From positions 81,877 through 145,876 of the forward strand of contig CAZVTT010000001.1 in assembly GCA_964629685.1 (NCBI GenBank): a stretch of DNA of 64,000 nt. Reading direction: 5' to 3'. The position numbers were made by a program, and so were the translations under genes. Under the pieces are notes generated by a model. That model was not told the origin of the DNA, did not search any database, and was given only the letters and a program-made list of their open reading frames with translations. Shown here in pieces: positions 27,645-37,011 of this stretch. Source of the DNA: an uncultured Gammaproteobacteria bacterium. Lineage in GTDB: Bacteria > Patescibacteriota > Microgenomatia > UBA10105 > UBA927. The first letter of the stretch is position 1. The number at the start of each line of letters is the position of its first letter.

Positions 27645-29543
27645 TTACTCTACTAATTCGGCTGTAAAACCCGAAGGCTGCCAGTTGGTCCCCGTTTTAT
27701 CTGCACAAAAATCTACCGCTTTATTTACTCCATGCGCAGGTAAATAGCTTATGGATTTGAGTGGTGTAACTACCGTTTTCCCGTCCGTAGTAACTTTTGT
27801 TCCGCCATAGAACCTACTAAATTTCCCTTGATTCAGTGAAAATGTTACTTTCCAATTGTCGTGTCTCGTATCGGTTAAATTCTTAACTACCACTTTGGCA
27901 CAATACCCTTGCGGCCACTCTTCTTCCATTTCAAAGGTGGTAAACAGACCATTTTGCTGCGTTATTCCTGTAGGATAATATACCGTTTTTCCGTCAACGT
28001 AATTCCATAAGTTATAGTAGACTACAACCCGAATTTCTGTCGGTTCTCCTGTAGATAACGGTATCCCCTTTTCTTCTGAACCGAACGTATACGGATAAGT
28101 TAAGTCGCGGGCTTTCCATTTTCCGTTTACGTAGAATGCTACCTGTGTTGGCGTAAGCGAAGCATCTATTTCCGCCTTTAAAAATACATTTCCGTTGCTG
28201 GGTGCTTTATATTCGGTCAGTACGATTTTCGTATTCGTATTCGGTAAAATTTTAGGATATGTCCCTGTACCGGTCGATGGTACCATCCGCGGAGTAGGTG
28301 TAGGAGTAAGCTTAGGTGTCAGCTTTGGCGTGAGTGTAGGAGTTAATTTGGGTGTAACCGTTGGTGTCGGTACACCAGTCTGGGAAGGTTTAGGCGTAAC
28401 TGTTAATGTGGGTGTAGCCGTCATCGGGCGGGATGTAACTACCGGCGACGATGCCGGAACAGATACGCTACTTACTTGGGAATAGTAATTATCGACGACC
28501 AGCTTTCCATAGGTACTCAAATCTACCAGGTTATCCCACGCAGCGGTCATATTGTTGGAATCGCACCAACTCCACATCCACGGAAATACGCCGTTGTGAC
28601 CGTTGGGTATACCCGTTTTAATAACCCGAGAAAACACATCTTTTACGTATTGGGGGGTATCGGGAGTCGCATTGTATTGTCCTAACTCTCCGATAACTAA
28701 AGGAACGCTGGAGGCTCCATTCATTGTGGCGTCTACATTGCTTAACCCTATATTGGGATACCAATGATTGGAAAATACCGTATTTGCTGTGCTTCCGAGC
28801 AATGATGCATCGTATGTTTGTATTTGTTTCAGACTGGGAATATCAAATGCGGCCGCCCATGACCTGGTATCTAGCACGACTATTCCTTTAAACGATAAAT
28901 CCTGCCGTAAATATCTTAACGTTTCTTTATTTGCAGCAATCCAATTCGTCCACGTGTTTGCGCTTTCATTTTCCCCGTACGGTTCGTTGTACGGATTCAT
29001 AATCAGATATTTCTCATAGCCGTTAGCTCGGGCATGTTCAACAATGGATTTGAATAACGGAAATGACGTTTTATCGTAATTTGCTAATACATCACCGGTA
29101 TATGTGTGATCCGTCGGCATTACATATATTCCGTTTTGCGCGAAAAGTGCCATTAACTGTCCGAATTGTTGGAAGTTACTCCCCTGCGCTAACCAGGAAG
29201 CAGAATAATTCAGACGTATCGCATTAATACCTACCTGTTTCATTTTGGCAATCATTTCGTTCCGTTGTTTCCAGGTATTTTCCGTCACATAAGAACAACC
29301 GTTATCCCGGTAAAATTCCACGTTAACCCCTTCCACAATGAACCGTGCTCCGCTCGCAGTAACGATAGTGGTATTTTGCACCCGCAATTGTGGATCTGCG
29401 GTTTGCGCAAACGTCTGAAGCGAACCCGTTTGCTGCTGACTTACCCGCAGGAACAGCAGCAATCCTATGGCTAATAGTATAAGAATCCCAAATCCGAAAA
29501 CAGACGCTGGAGTTAAACGATACGTTTTTTTTCTGGACATATA
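27645..29543 (-). CDS. Secreted glycoside hydrolase family 5 (endoglucanase/mannanase-like) with a Pro/Thr linker and a C-terminal CBM2-like carbohydrate-binding module
   Basis: An N-terminal signal/anchor reads MSRKKTYRLTPASVFGFGILILLAIGLLL. The GH5 acid/base motif is LIMNPYNEP (NEP) and the nucleophile motif is VIGELG. The linker TPKLTPTLTPKLTPKLTPTPTP is followed by a C-terminal ~100 aa with conserved Trp and two Cys (GYCAKVVVKNL...NWKVTF...FCADK). The start is trimmed to MSRKK. Confidence 0.8.
   Translation of the reverse strand, partial: YMSRKKTYRLTPASVFGFGILILLAIGLLLFLRVSQQQTGSLQTFAQTADPQLRVQNTTIVTASGARFIVEGVNVEFYRDNGCSYVTENTWKQRNEMIAKMKQVGINAIRLNYSASWLAQGSNFQQFGQLMALFAQNGIYVMPTDHTYTGDVLANYDKTSFPLFKSIVEHARANGYEKYLIMNPYNEPYGENESANTWTNWIAANKETLRYLRQDLSFKGIVVLDTRSWAAAFDIPSLKQIQTYDASLLGSTANTVFSNHWYPNIGLSNVDATMNGASSVPLVIGELGQYNATPDTPQYVKDVFSRVIKTGIPNGHNGVFPWMWSWCDSNNMTAAWDNLVDLSTYGKLVVDNYYSQVSSVSVPASSPVVTSRPMTATPTLTVTPKPSQTGVPTPTVTPKLTPTLTPKLTPKLTPTPTPRMVPSTGTGTYPKILPNTNTKIVLTEYKAPSNGNVFLKAEIDASLTPTQVAFYVNGKWKARDLTYPYTFGSEEKGIPLSTGEPTEIRVVVYYNLWNYVDGKTVYYPTGITQQNGLFTTFEMEEEWPQGYCAKVVVKNLTDTRHDNWKVTFSLNQGKFSRFYGGTKVTTDGKTVVTPLKSISYLPAHGVNKAVDFCADKTGTNWQPSGFTAELVE
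28290..28420. repeat. Imperfect tandem ~12-15 nt repeats encoding the Pro/Thr/Lys linker of the GH5 protein
   Basis: Reiterated units such as ggtgtaggagtaagcttaggtgtcagctttggcgtgagtgtaggagttaatttgggtgtaacc. On the coding strand they encode TPKLTP repeats. Confidence 0.5.
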
Positions 29544-29730
29544 ATTATGACACGCTAAGAAAAGTATAGAGATTGCATAGGTTGAGTGCAAACAGAAGTG
29601 ATACCGTGGAATCGTAATACGAAAACAGAACGCGCAGGCATCGAAGGAATCACTCTCCGCGGTAAACCGCAGAAAATAACAACCTCGATGCCTAAGCCCC
29701 TAGGCTCAAATGCGCGATCCATTCAGAAAA

Positions 29731-32088
29731 TTACCAGCCCTTCGTGCCTCCCCCGGTCTTGGGAGCAGCTGGCGCTGACCAGTGGTGCGTGCCACCGCTG
29801 GTGCTGGGTGTAAATGATGGAATAGACGGCGACGTGTGATGGAAAGACGGAGAACTAGATGTAGTCCCCCACCCGTTATAAACGGAAGACGAGGAGGTAT
29901 ACCGGGGCCGACGGGCTTCTTCAGCGTCGTCGACATTATCCTCTGCCTGTTCGTATGCGTCGCGGGCTTTTTCTTCCGCATCTTCGACCATTTCAATCTG
30001 CTTGGTCAAATTACCGGTTTCCTGCGCCCGACGGAGTAGTACCTGAGCTTCCAGCAACACATCTTTCGCGTGCTGCTCGACATCACTTTCGTGATCTGCA
30101 ATGTACTCTTCCGCCTTGCTTACAGCCGCCAGCGCATCCCGTAATGCCTTCGCAGCTTTCTTCCGCAAACGGTCTGCCGCATCAAACTGCTCCTGCGCGG
30201 TTTCGGCAATGGCATCCACGTCCGTATCCGCTTGCTTTAGCAAACGCAGGGCTTCAAGGTAATCCGGTTTAGCTTCTCCGAGTATTGCCTGCACCTGTTC
30301 CGCCAAACGCTTCGCCGCCGCCAGCCGATCTTCGACATCTTCATCGATGTCCTCGTCGTGATCGGCAACAAACGCTGCCGCCGTATCAATATCACGAAGC
30401 AGATCAGCCAAATCACCGGACGCGGTGCGTTCGGCCTCGGCTAATGTCTGTTCTAACGCGGAAATGGAGCGCATGTAACTTTCACCCTCGCCCAGCCACG
30501 TTTCAACCTGAACGACAAGCTGTTCAGCTTTTTCCCACTCCTGATGCTCGATACTCATTGCGGTCTCAGCCTCGGTCAGCGCGTCGTCCGACCAATTGAA
30601 GCGGTTTTCCGCTTCCGTACCGTTTCCGCGAACCGCACGCCAGCACGCCTCAGCGTACCTATCATCAATATCGTCGAAAATCCGCCGACCATCGGTAATA
30701 GCGATTTGAAGTTCACCCAAACGATTCCGGGCTAACTTCACCGTAGTCTGAATACGAATATGACGCGCCATCACTTCCGTCGCGGCGGTAAGCTGTTCAT
30801 CAGCCTGACGCTGGATTTCCGTGCACTGCGTCCGTGCGGCACCGTATTCCTTCGCTTCGATCAGCTTTCGGATTTGCGGCACCACGCTGGAAATAAACGT
30901 GTCAACCTGACCACGCATCATCTGCACGCGATAGCCATGCGCGGAAACTTCATCTATGCTCGTCAGTACGCGGGTCAGATGGACTTCGAGACTCGCTACA
31001 TCTTGCGGTGCTTGTTCAGCATCAACCTGATGTTGCCGCAACGCCTCTTCCAGTGCCGACGCACCACTTGCGACAGAATCGAGTGCAGTGTGAATACGCG
31101 AATATTCATCCTGAACGTTGAGTGCTTCCTCCAACGTTAAACCTTCGCGGAGCGGATCACCGTAGGTATCAGTTAGTCTGAGCAGTGGCTCTGCCTGTAC
31201 CCCCAGCAACCCGTCTACCCGCTCATGCTCACCAAGGAGTGTAGAGTACGTCGTTTCCGACAATTCCCCCTTCTTCGTGTTAAGCAACGTCAGGAAATCC
31301 TGTAGCCGATTAAACAGTGAGGAATACAACTCACCCGTTATCCGTTGTTCTTCGGTTGCGTTCTCCACCACTAACCGCCGCTTTGCGTTTTTTCGTTGTA
31401 CTGTCACGATGACGATAACAATCAGCACAACGCCAGAACCTACTCCGAGAACCAGAATCAACCAGCCAGCCACTTCAATCACACGGTTCATATCAAAACC
31501 CACCTGTGGCTGTGCCTGTACCGGTTGAACAGGAGCGTTAACCGTCGCTGGTATGGAGGTGGGAACAACCGGAGCTTGTGTGGGTGGTGGCGGCAATGTC
31601 GGTGGATGGAGGTGGAGGTCTATCACCCTCGACGTTTCCGTGATCCCATACACAAATCCGCCGGAGAAATCGCGTCCGGGAAAATACGTGTTCATCCCAT
31701 CCACGATTCTTTCCCACTGGGAGTCGAGCATCGTCGCCCACCGATTCCCATAAACCAGCGTGGTGTCACGCTGCTCGTAAGCGATCATAAAGACGATGAA
31801 GTCGTCGTTTAACTCACCGTTATATGCCCGCCACGATTCACATCGTGCCACGACCCGTTGATTCACTGCCGGGAGTGTATCTGCCTGAATATCAGTGAAT
31901 GTCCTGATCCTAACAATTGCGCCGGATTGCGCCTGCAAAGTTAAAGCCGCCTGCTCCACCGATGTTAGATTTCCGCCAAACACGTTGGCTTCGTCTACCA
32001 CGACAGTGTCACAGTCCGACTGCGCCTGTACAGGGAGTATGTTCATCCCGAATACAAGCAGAAGGAGACTAACAATCATCCTTCGCAT
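29731..32088 (-). CDS. TPM-domain (YgcG/TLP18.3-like) membrane protein with a long C-terminal coiled-coil region and a Gly/Ser/Thr-rich tail
   Basis: A signal peptide MRRMIVSLLLLVFGMNILPVQA is followed by a TPM-like domain (VVDEANVF...VRIRTF...DDFIVFMIAYEQRDTTLVYGNRW...), a Pro-rich segment, a TM helix VAGWLILVLGVGSGVVLIVIVIV, and ~500 aa that is Ala/Glu/Asp-rich. The GC content of this gene is visibly higher than in flanking DNA. Confidence 0.6.
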   Translation of the reverse strand: MRRMIVSLLLLVFGMNILPVQAQSDCDTVVVDEANVFGGNLTSVEQAALTLQAQSGAIVRIRTFTDIQADTLPAVNQRVVARCESWRAYNGELNDDFIVFMIAYEQRDTTLVYGNRWATMLDSQWERIVDGMNTYFPGRDFSGGFVYGITETSRVIDLHLHPPTLPPPPTQAPVVPTSIPATVNAPVQPVQAQPQVGFDMNRVIEVAGWLILVLGVGSGVVLIVIVIVTVQRKNAKRRLVVENATEEQRITGELYSSLFNRLQDFLTLLNTKKGELSETTYSTLLGEHERVDGLLGVQAEPLLRLTDTYGDPLREGLTLEEALNVQDEYSRIHTALDSVASGASALEEALRQHQVDAEQAPQDVASLEVHLTRVLTSIDEVSAHGYRVQMMRGQVDTFISSVVPQIRKLIEAKEYGAARTQCTEIQRQADEQLTAATEVMARHIRIQTTVKLARNRLGELQIAITDGRRIFDDIDDRYAEACWRAVRGNGTEAENRFNWSDDALTEAETAMSIEHQEWEKAEQLVVQVETWLGEGESYMRSISALEQTLAEAERTASGDLADLLRDIDTAAAFVADHDEDIDEDVEDRLAAAKRLAEQVQAILGEAKPDYLEALRLLKQADTDVDAIAETAQEQFDAADRLRKKAAKALRDALAAVSKAEEYIADHESDVEQHAKDVLLEAQVLLRRAQETGNLTKQIEMVEDAEEKARDAYEQAEDNVDDAEEARRPRYTSSSSVYNGWGTTSSSPSFHHTSPSIPSFTPSTSGGTHHWSAPAAPKTGGGTKGW

Positions 32089-32488
32089 CTCACTGTCCTT
32101 CCTGCTACATTTTCGATATCAAACACTGCATTAGCGTCTTGTAAAGAGACCGCTTATCGATCCGGATGTATTATCTGAACCGATTGTCGATCTCTTTACT
32201 ACATTTTCTGAATGGATGTTAAAGTGCGTCTCTTACGGCGCTTTATGCCGTCAGAGACAACTGCCTATTGTACCCGAAACCAATGGAAACTTAAAGATTA
32301 TAGGTTTTACTACTGAAAAGCTGAAACATTCCTAAGCTCGGAATATATGTACTTTCGGTAGTAATAAACGAATTAAGTAACCACACCTTAATCTGCCACG
32401 AAAAAACCGGGCTGGTACCTTTAACATCGCATCCGCGACATTTGCTGGTCCATACCCGGTCCTTGTACTCAACACGCAAACGAAAAAA

Positions 32489-33865
32489 CTAAGCATTCAC
32501 GCTATTCGGATCAGGCGGATTGTACGGACGGATAGGTGTGTATATGCCGATTTCAGCTTCAAAATACTGAAGCCCCGAAGGCAACGCCCTCTGTTCCGTA
32601 TCATCGTCAAACCACATCCGCAGACGCGATGATCGGATTTCTACCATCCCCGGCTGTCTCACTTCCGTGTACAAATTCCCAAGCAGAAAGTGACCGTCAG
32701 CTAAACCGACAACCGCATCGTCGATCTCCAGAAGTACCTCACCCTGATTTCGGATTACCAGATGATCTTCCATCGTAAACGGAAAAACAAACCAACCGTC
32801 CTGAACTTCCGGATAAATCCGTCTACCGTTCACAGACAACAGTATCGTCGAATCCGCCTGAATGGCAAAAAACTCCTCCTCTTCGGAGAAAATTACCGAC
32901 ATACGCCAATAGGCCACAGGAGGGGCGTCTTCATTCGGTAATGCCGCCGCTATGGATTCCCATCCCGGACGACCATACACCATCAACCACTGGCGCTGCC
33001 CTGCCACTGCGTTCTGTCGGCGATACAGTGAACGATCAGGATATTGATCAGGTACGCGTGGGGTTGGATAATACGCTCCGTCTATTACTTCTTGAGCAGG
33101 ATCAGCCACCCGCCATTCCGACTCCCACCCGGAAACCAGATGAATTACGTAACTCCCATAGCCCGGTGTGGTTATTGCCGAATTCGGAATTTTCCAAAGA
33201 CCACCCAGCCCATTCACGATGTAATACACACTGCTTCCCCAAGGTTGGAAAGCAAAATGATACTCATCGTTCCACCAGAAGATAGCACCGCCGCCCACAT
33301 CTGCCGGTCCTCCAAGCGGATTATTCGGATCAGCACCAGATCCGTAGTTAATCGTCTCCAACACCGGATTAACCTGTAGTTCCATATGTTGTCTGGATTC
33401 TCCAGTGCCGGTGTTCGGCTCCAGATCGACCCCACGCAACCGGATTCGTACGGCAACCGCAATTGGTGCCTCCGGTGTTCTGCGTCCGCATATCGTTTGA
33501 TCTACGGGACCGCTGATCGTGCTTGGAGTTTCATTATAGACGTGTAAATATTCGTCGCATTGATCTCCAAAATTCTCGACAGTGGCGAGACCGGGTATAT
33601 TCGGAATATTGCTGATCCGCGCATCACATTCCACATCTATATCGTCCGCCCAGCCGTGAACCCGTTCGCCGCCGTGCGAGGTAAACTCAACGTAGTCCCA
33701 TCCACCCGGAGACTCACCGCAGAGCGTGTCAGTTACCAGACTAGGATAAAACGATAGTTGCCCATGTTCATTCCAAATGGTAATGGTTTGCTCTTGCGCA
33801 AAAACCGTTACCCCGCTATTGAGCAGAACGCTCAGACAGAATAGAACAACGACTGCGTACTTCAT
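32489..33865 (-). CDS. Secreted hypothetical protein
   Basis: The signal peptide is MKYAVVVLFCLSVLLNSGVTVFAQE. About 430 aa follow, rich in Gly/Trp/Tyr, with no recognisable catalytic motif. The start is trimmed to MKYAVV. Confidence 0.55.
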   Translation of the reverse strand: MKYAVVVLFCLSVLLNSGVTVFAQEQTITIWNEHGQLSFYPSLVTDTLCGESPGGWDYVEFTSHGGERVHGWADDIDVECDARISNIPNIPGLATVENFGDQCDEYLHVYNETPSTISGPVDQTICGRRTPEAPIAVAVRIRLRGVDLEPNTGTGESRQHMELQVNPVLETINYGSGADPNNPLGGPADVGGGAIFWWNDEYHFAFQPWGSSVYYIVNGLGGLWKIPNSAITTPGYGSYVIHLVSGWESEWRVADPAQEVIDGAYYPTPRVPDQYPDRSLYRRQNAVAGQRQWLMVYGRPGWESIAAALPNEDAPPVAYWRMSVIFSEEEEFFAIQADSTILLSVNGRRIYPEVQDGWFVFPFTMEDHLVIRNQGEVLLEIDDAVVGLADGHFLLGNLYTEVRQPGMVEIRSSRLRMWFDDDTEQRALPSGLQYFEAEIGIYTPIRPYNPPDPNSVNA

Positions 33866-34150
33866 GATTTCCCTTTTCCTTTTTTGTTTGCGTGCTGTAA
33901 AGGTGCGTACACCGTCATGACTTCGCTTCCGATGCCAATTCAATGCACTCAAAAAAACCGTTTCCCTCTGAAACGTGTCCTAAAGCTTAGCACAATAATA
34001 ACATTTTATCAATTACTATGAGTCTTCTTATTTCCCTATTATAGCGTTGTTTGGAGAATTATTGTCAGGTATTTATCAGGCACAAAATCGAAATTATCAG
34101 AATGACATATTTCCGTCAGAATAACCTATAATTGAGCTGTTCGCCACTAA

Positions 34151-34183
34151 ATTTTACACATTCGCCTATGGTTTGGTACAATA
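34151..34183 (+). promoter_or_regulatory. Candidate sigma70-type promoter with an extended -10 element, driving tRNA-Met
   Basis: ttacac-N17-(tgg)tacaat lies about 30 nt upstream of the tRNA 5' end. Confidence 0.35.
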
Positions 34184-34213
34184 TGCGGTACATTCGAGCG
34201 CGAAAAGGATGAC

Positions 34214-34285
34214 GCCAGCGTAGCTCAGGGGCAGAGCAGTGTCTTCATAAGGCATGGGTCGGGGGTCCGAATCCCTCCGCTGGCA
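34214..34285 (+). tRNA. tRNA-Met (anticodon CAT), elongator-type; tRNA-Ile2 with a lysidine-modified anticodon is not excluded
   Basis: Cloverleaf fit: acceptor gccagcg/cgctggc, D arm gctc-aggggca-gagc, anticodon stem gtgtc/ggcat with loop tTCATAa, T arm ggggg-tccgaat-ccctc and discriminator A. The T loop has C at position 55. CCA is not encoded. Confidence 0.6.
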
Positions 34286-34306
34286 CCGGAAATACAGAAC
34301 GGATAT

Positions 34307-34666
34307 CTAGAAGAAAAGTTCCCACCACAAACGCCAATTAGGCTTATTTGAGCCCTCTGAAAGGCTATGTATGGACACAGAAGCCGCTGGTGAACCGATA
34401 AGTACAACCGTCTCTCCCTCCTTTACCAGCCCAAGCTTGTTTCGAGCTTCCTGTTCTACAAACTCAGGTGTATCCGCAAAAGCTACGGCTGCTTTTAAAC
34501 GTTGGTTTTCTGCCTGTACAGCCTCCAGCTCACGCTGACGATCTGTGACGATTCCGTACTTTTGTATCCCATCATAGAGCGTCCTAATGAGGCCAAATGA
34601 GGTAAACATACAGACGGCGATAACAATCCAAAAGCCTAATCCTGCTGGTTTAGAAGACCTGATCAT
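34307..34666 (-). CDS. Septum formation initiator family protein (FtsB/DivIC-like)
   Basis: 119 aa. An N-terminal TM segment GFWIVIAVCMFTSFGLI is followed by a coiled coil RQRELEAVQAENQRLKAAVAFADTPEFVEQEARNKLGLVKEGETVV. This matches the FtsB/DivIC pattern (leucine-zipper-like region then the conserved motif ending E...ARe.LG.vkpgE). Confidence 0.55.
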   Translation of the reverse strand: MIRSSKPAGLGFWIVIAVCMFTSFGLIRTLYDGIQKYGIVTDRQRELEAVQAENQRLKAAVAFADTPEFVEQEARNKLGLVKEGETVVLIGSPAASVSIHSLSEGSNKPNWRLWWELFF

Positions 34667-34805
34667 ACCGTTCTCCGGAACGTCCGATATAGTGCCTATA
34701 ACTACCTACTTGTATCAGGACTTTTTTTATGATATTATAGGACACTATAAGCCTATAGCTACTGCTTGAGGCTCTTTTATTCGGTTTAATAGGAATAATT
34801 ATACT

Positions 34806-35669
34806 ATGGCAGCAATCGAACTCACATCCGCCCAAAAACAATTCGTTGAATACCTGGAAAGTCGACGTCGTGCTCGCGCGACTATCGTAGCATACAGTAA
34901 AGATATCGAACAGCTTGTCGGCTTTTTAACTAGCCTGGGTAAGAAAACGATAGATGAAATCCAAAGAGATGAACTTGAAGCCTTCCTAAACAAACTTGCC
35001 ACCGATAGCTACACTCCCAAGTCAGTCTCCCGCAAGATTAACTCAATTAAAACGTTTTACCGGTTCCTTAAATCTGCCAGCATCGTTAATGCCGACCCGG
35101 CTGCAGAGATAGAACATCCGAAATATGAAACCAAGCCACCCCGTATACTATCTAAAGTAGAATATCGCGCATTGCGGGATGCATGTCGTGGTGACATTCG
35201 CACCTACGCTATCGTTGAGTTATTTTTACAAACTGGCATTAGAATTGGAGAATTAACGAATCTTTCCCTTACGGATATCCGCGACAGTGAATTGCACATT
35301 GCTGCACAAGAAGGTCACGCTGAGCGGAACGTACCCCTGAATAAAGCAGCTAAAGAGGCCCTTAGCCGCTATATGGAAGTACGCGGTAAAAACACGGTAA
35401 GCAAAGCACTATTCGTAACTAAAACCGGAAAACCGTTACTTATCCGTAATATCCGGACGACTATCGACAGGTATTTCCGTATTGCCGGAATTGAAGGTGC
35501 GAAAGTAAACGACCTGCGCCATACATTTATTGCCCATCATTTAATGGCAGGGACTCCTATTACGACGCTTTCCAAACTGGTAGGTCACAAACGCTTATCT
35601 ACAACCGAGAAATATTTGGAATTGGTAAAAGACAAGCAGACTGAACACGTCAAACTGGAAGAACTTTAA
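34806..35669 (+). CDS. Tyrosine recombinase (XerC/XerD-like phage-integrase family)
   Basis: 287 aa. An N-terminal core-binding SAM-like domain is followed by the catalytic domain with ELFLQTGIRIGEL (Arg I region), LRHTFIAHHLMAGT (the His-x-x-Arg region) and GHKRLSTTEKYLEL (His and the catalytic Tyr). Confidence 0.8.
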   Translation: MAAIELTSAQKQFVEYLESRRRARATIVAYSKDIEQLVGFLTSLGKKTIDEIQRDELEAFLNKLATDSYTPKSVSRKINSIKTFYRFLKSASIVNADPAAEIEHPKYETKPPRILSKVEYRALRDACRGDIRTYAIVELFLQTGIRIGELTNLSLTDIRDSELHIAAQEGHAERNVPLNKAAKEALSRYMEVRGKNTVSKALFVTKTGKPLLIRNIRTTIDRYFRIAGIEGAKVNDLRHTFIAHHLMAGTPITTLSKLVGHKRLSTTEKYLELVKDKQTEHVKLEEL

Positions 35670-35708
35670 CCAGCCAAAATCCATTCACCGCACGGTAAAC
35701 CCAATCCG

Positions 35709-36368
35709 TTAAAACTCCGTCTTGTAGTGTGGATATGCCTCCAGATATTGCTTACGAACCTCTCCTTTCATATGTGGTATGAAGGGTCGGAATAGGTCAA
35801 CTTTTGTCGGATGATGTTTAAACGTATATAACAGTTTATTTACATAGTTATGTAAATCTTGTGCAAAGCTGATATTTACTATTTTAAAATTCTTTATGGC
35901 GGCGGCACCGGACCTGGCAACAAAATACCCTAAACCCAGAAACGCTTCCAGATAACTGGATGAATATGAACCGGTATCCTGGATTTCATCCAAACCCAAC
36001 GAGAATTGATACCAGGTAAATGGTGTAGTATATATTATCTTTGTTAACCTTCTGGTGGTAATAATAAAAATTGATTTTCGATACGTTTCGCTCATCCACC
36101 ACAGTCCTCCCAGAAACGTACCTCCGGCAAAGAGCACTACCGGTATCGTAAGCCAATTTAAAGGCGCTAATCTATGTAACCAGGAAACAATCAGAAATCC
36201 CAATCCGCAAATAACACCGACTACTCCCACAAGTGCAACCAAGCGCAGCTTAAAAATAATAATGGATTCACGTGTCAGAAAAAGAATTTTTTCACCGGTA
36301 TTCATTCCCGGAAAATGAAGGTCAGTGTAAGGAAACGTAAATTCACCGACGGACAGTACTTCTTGCAC
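35709..36368 (-). CDS. Hypothetical membrane protein
   Basis: 219 aa with two adjacent hydrophobic helices (LRLVALVGVVGVICGLGFLIVSW and LTIPVVLFAGGTFLGGLWWM), followed by a soluble domain. Confidence 0.4.
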   Translation of the reverse strand: MQEVLSVGEFTFPYTDLHFPGMNTGEKILFLTRESIIIFKLRLVALVGVVGVICGLGFLIVSWLHRLAPLNWLTIPVVLFAGGTFLGGLWWMSETYRKSIFIITTRRLTKIIYTTPFTWYQFSLGLDEIQDTGSYSSSYLEAFLGLGYFVARSGAAAIKNFKIVNISFAQDLHNYVNKLLYTFKHHPTKVDLFRPFIPHMKGEVRKQYLEAYPHYKTEF

Positions 36369-36384
36369 AACTCCTCCTTGTCAA

Positions 36385-36942
36385 TCAACCGAACTGCAAA
36401 TATCCGGCCATATGAATATGCTTGTTTACGAATAATGCCTCTTCACGGCACCAGGGAGAAAAATATTGTGGTGTACGGATAATATCATCCAAAAAACTTT
36501 GCCAGGTTACCCATTTCCAGTTTTCCACTTCACCCGGTGCGGGTTTTGGATCGGTCGCATCAACCTTGGCTACCATTACCGGACAAATCTCATTTTCAAC
36601 AATACCGTTATGGTCAGCAAAACGATAACGATACTGCGCTACTTCTTTAACTGCGTCCAAGGGAATAACTATCCCCAACTCCTGTTCTAACCGTCTCACG
36701 GCTGCCTCCGTTACCCGTTCTCCCTGCGCAGGGTGACCACAGACCGTATTTGTCCAATATCCGGGAAAAGCCTTTTTACTCTTTGCTCTCTGTGTAAGAA
36801 GCAAATCTCCATTCAGGTTGAACAAAAATAAAGAAAATCCCCTGTGTAACGGTGTGTCAGACGTGTGTACGGTAGCCTTCGGCGCCGTTCCTAATTCGTG
36901 ATTCTGTTCATTTACCAATACGACTACTTCCGTATCAGCCAT
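36385..36942 (-). CDS. idi: Isopentenyl-diphosphate delta-isomerase, type 1 (NUDIX family)
   Basis: HRGFSLFLFNLNGDLLLTQRAKSKKAFPGYWTNTVCGHP...GE...AAVRRLEQELGI matches the IDI-1 core, with its conserved Cys and Glu and the NUDIX-like box. The start is trimmed to MADTEVV, because the longer ORF would overlap the tRNA-Ile gene. Confidence 0.7.
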   Translation of the reverse strand: MADTEVVVLVNEQNHELGTAPKATVHTSDTPLHRGFSLFLFNLNGDLLLTQRAKSKKAFPGYWTNTVCGHPAQGERVTEAAVRRLEQELGIVIPLDAVKEVAQYRYRFADHNGIVENEICPVMVAKVDATDPKPAPGEVENWKWVTWQSFLDDIIRTPQYFSPWCREEALFVNKHIHMAGYLQFG

Positions 36943-37011
36943 ACCGCTCCTTTTTGATCCGCTGACATGAGTCAGGAATAAACCCGTAAATATTGTATCG
37001 AGTCCAGTTAG

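Noticed and set aside
28195-28485. 96-aa plus-strand ORF rich in GVGV repeats
   Set aside because: It is the antisense of the Pro/Thr linker-encoding repeat of the GH5 gene, a repeat artefact.
29706-30735. Multiple 60-105-aa ORFs on both strands inside the TPM-domain gene (e.g. 29706..29996, 29955..30272, 30285..30599)
   Set aside because: The high GC of this gene suppresses stop codons in alternative frames. The long frame has the coherent signal peptide, TPM domain, TM helix and coiled-coil architecture.
34225-34407. 60-aa minus-strand ORF overlapping tRNA-Met
   Set aside because: It runs antisense through a canonical tRNA.
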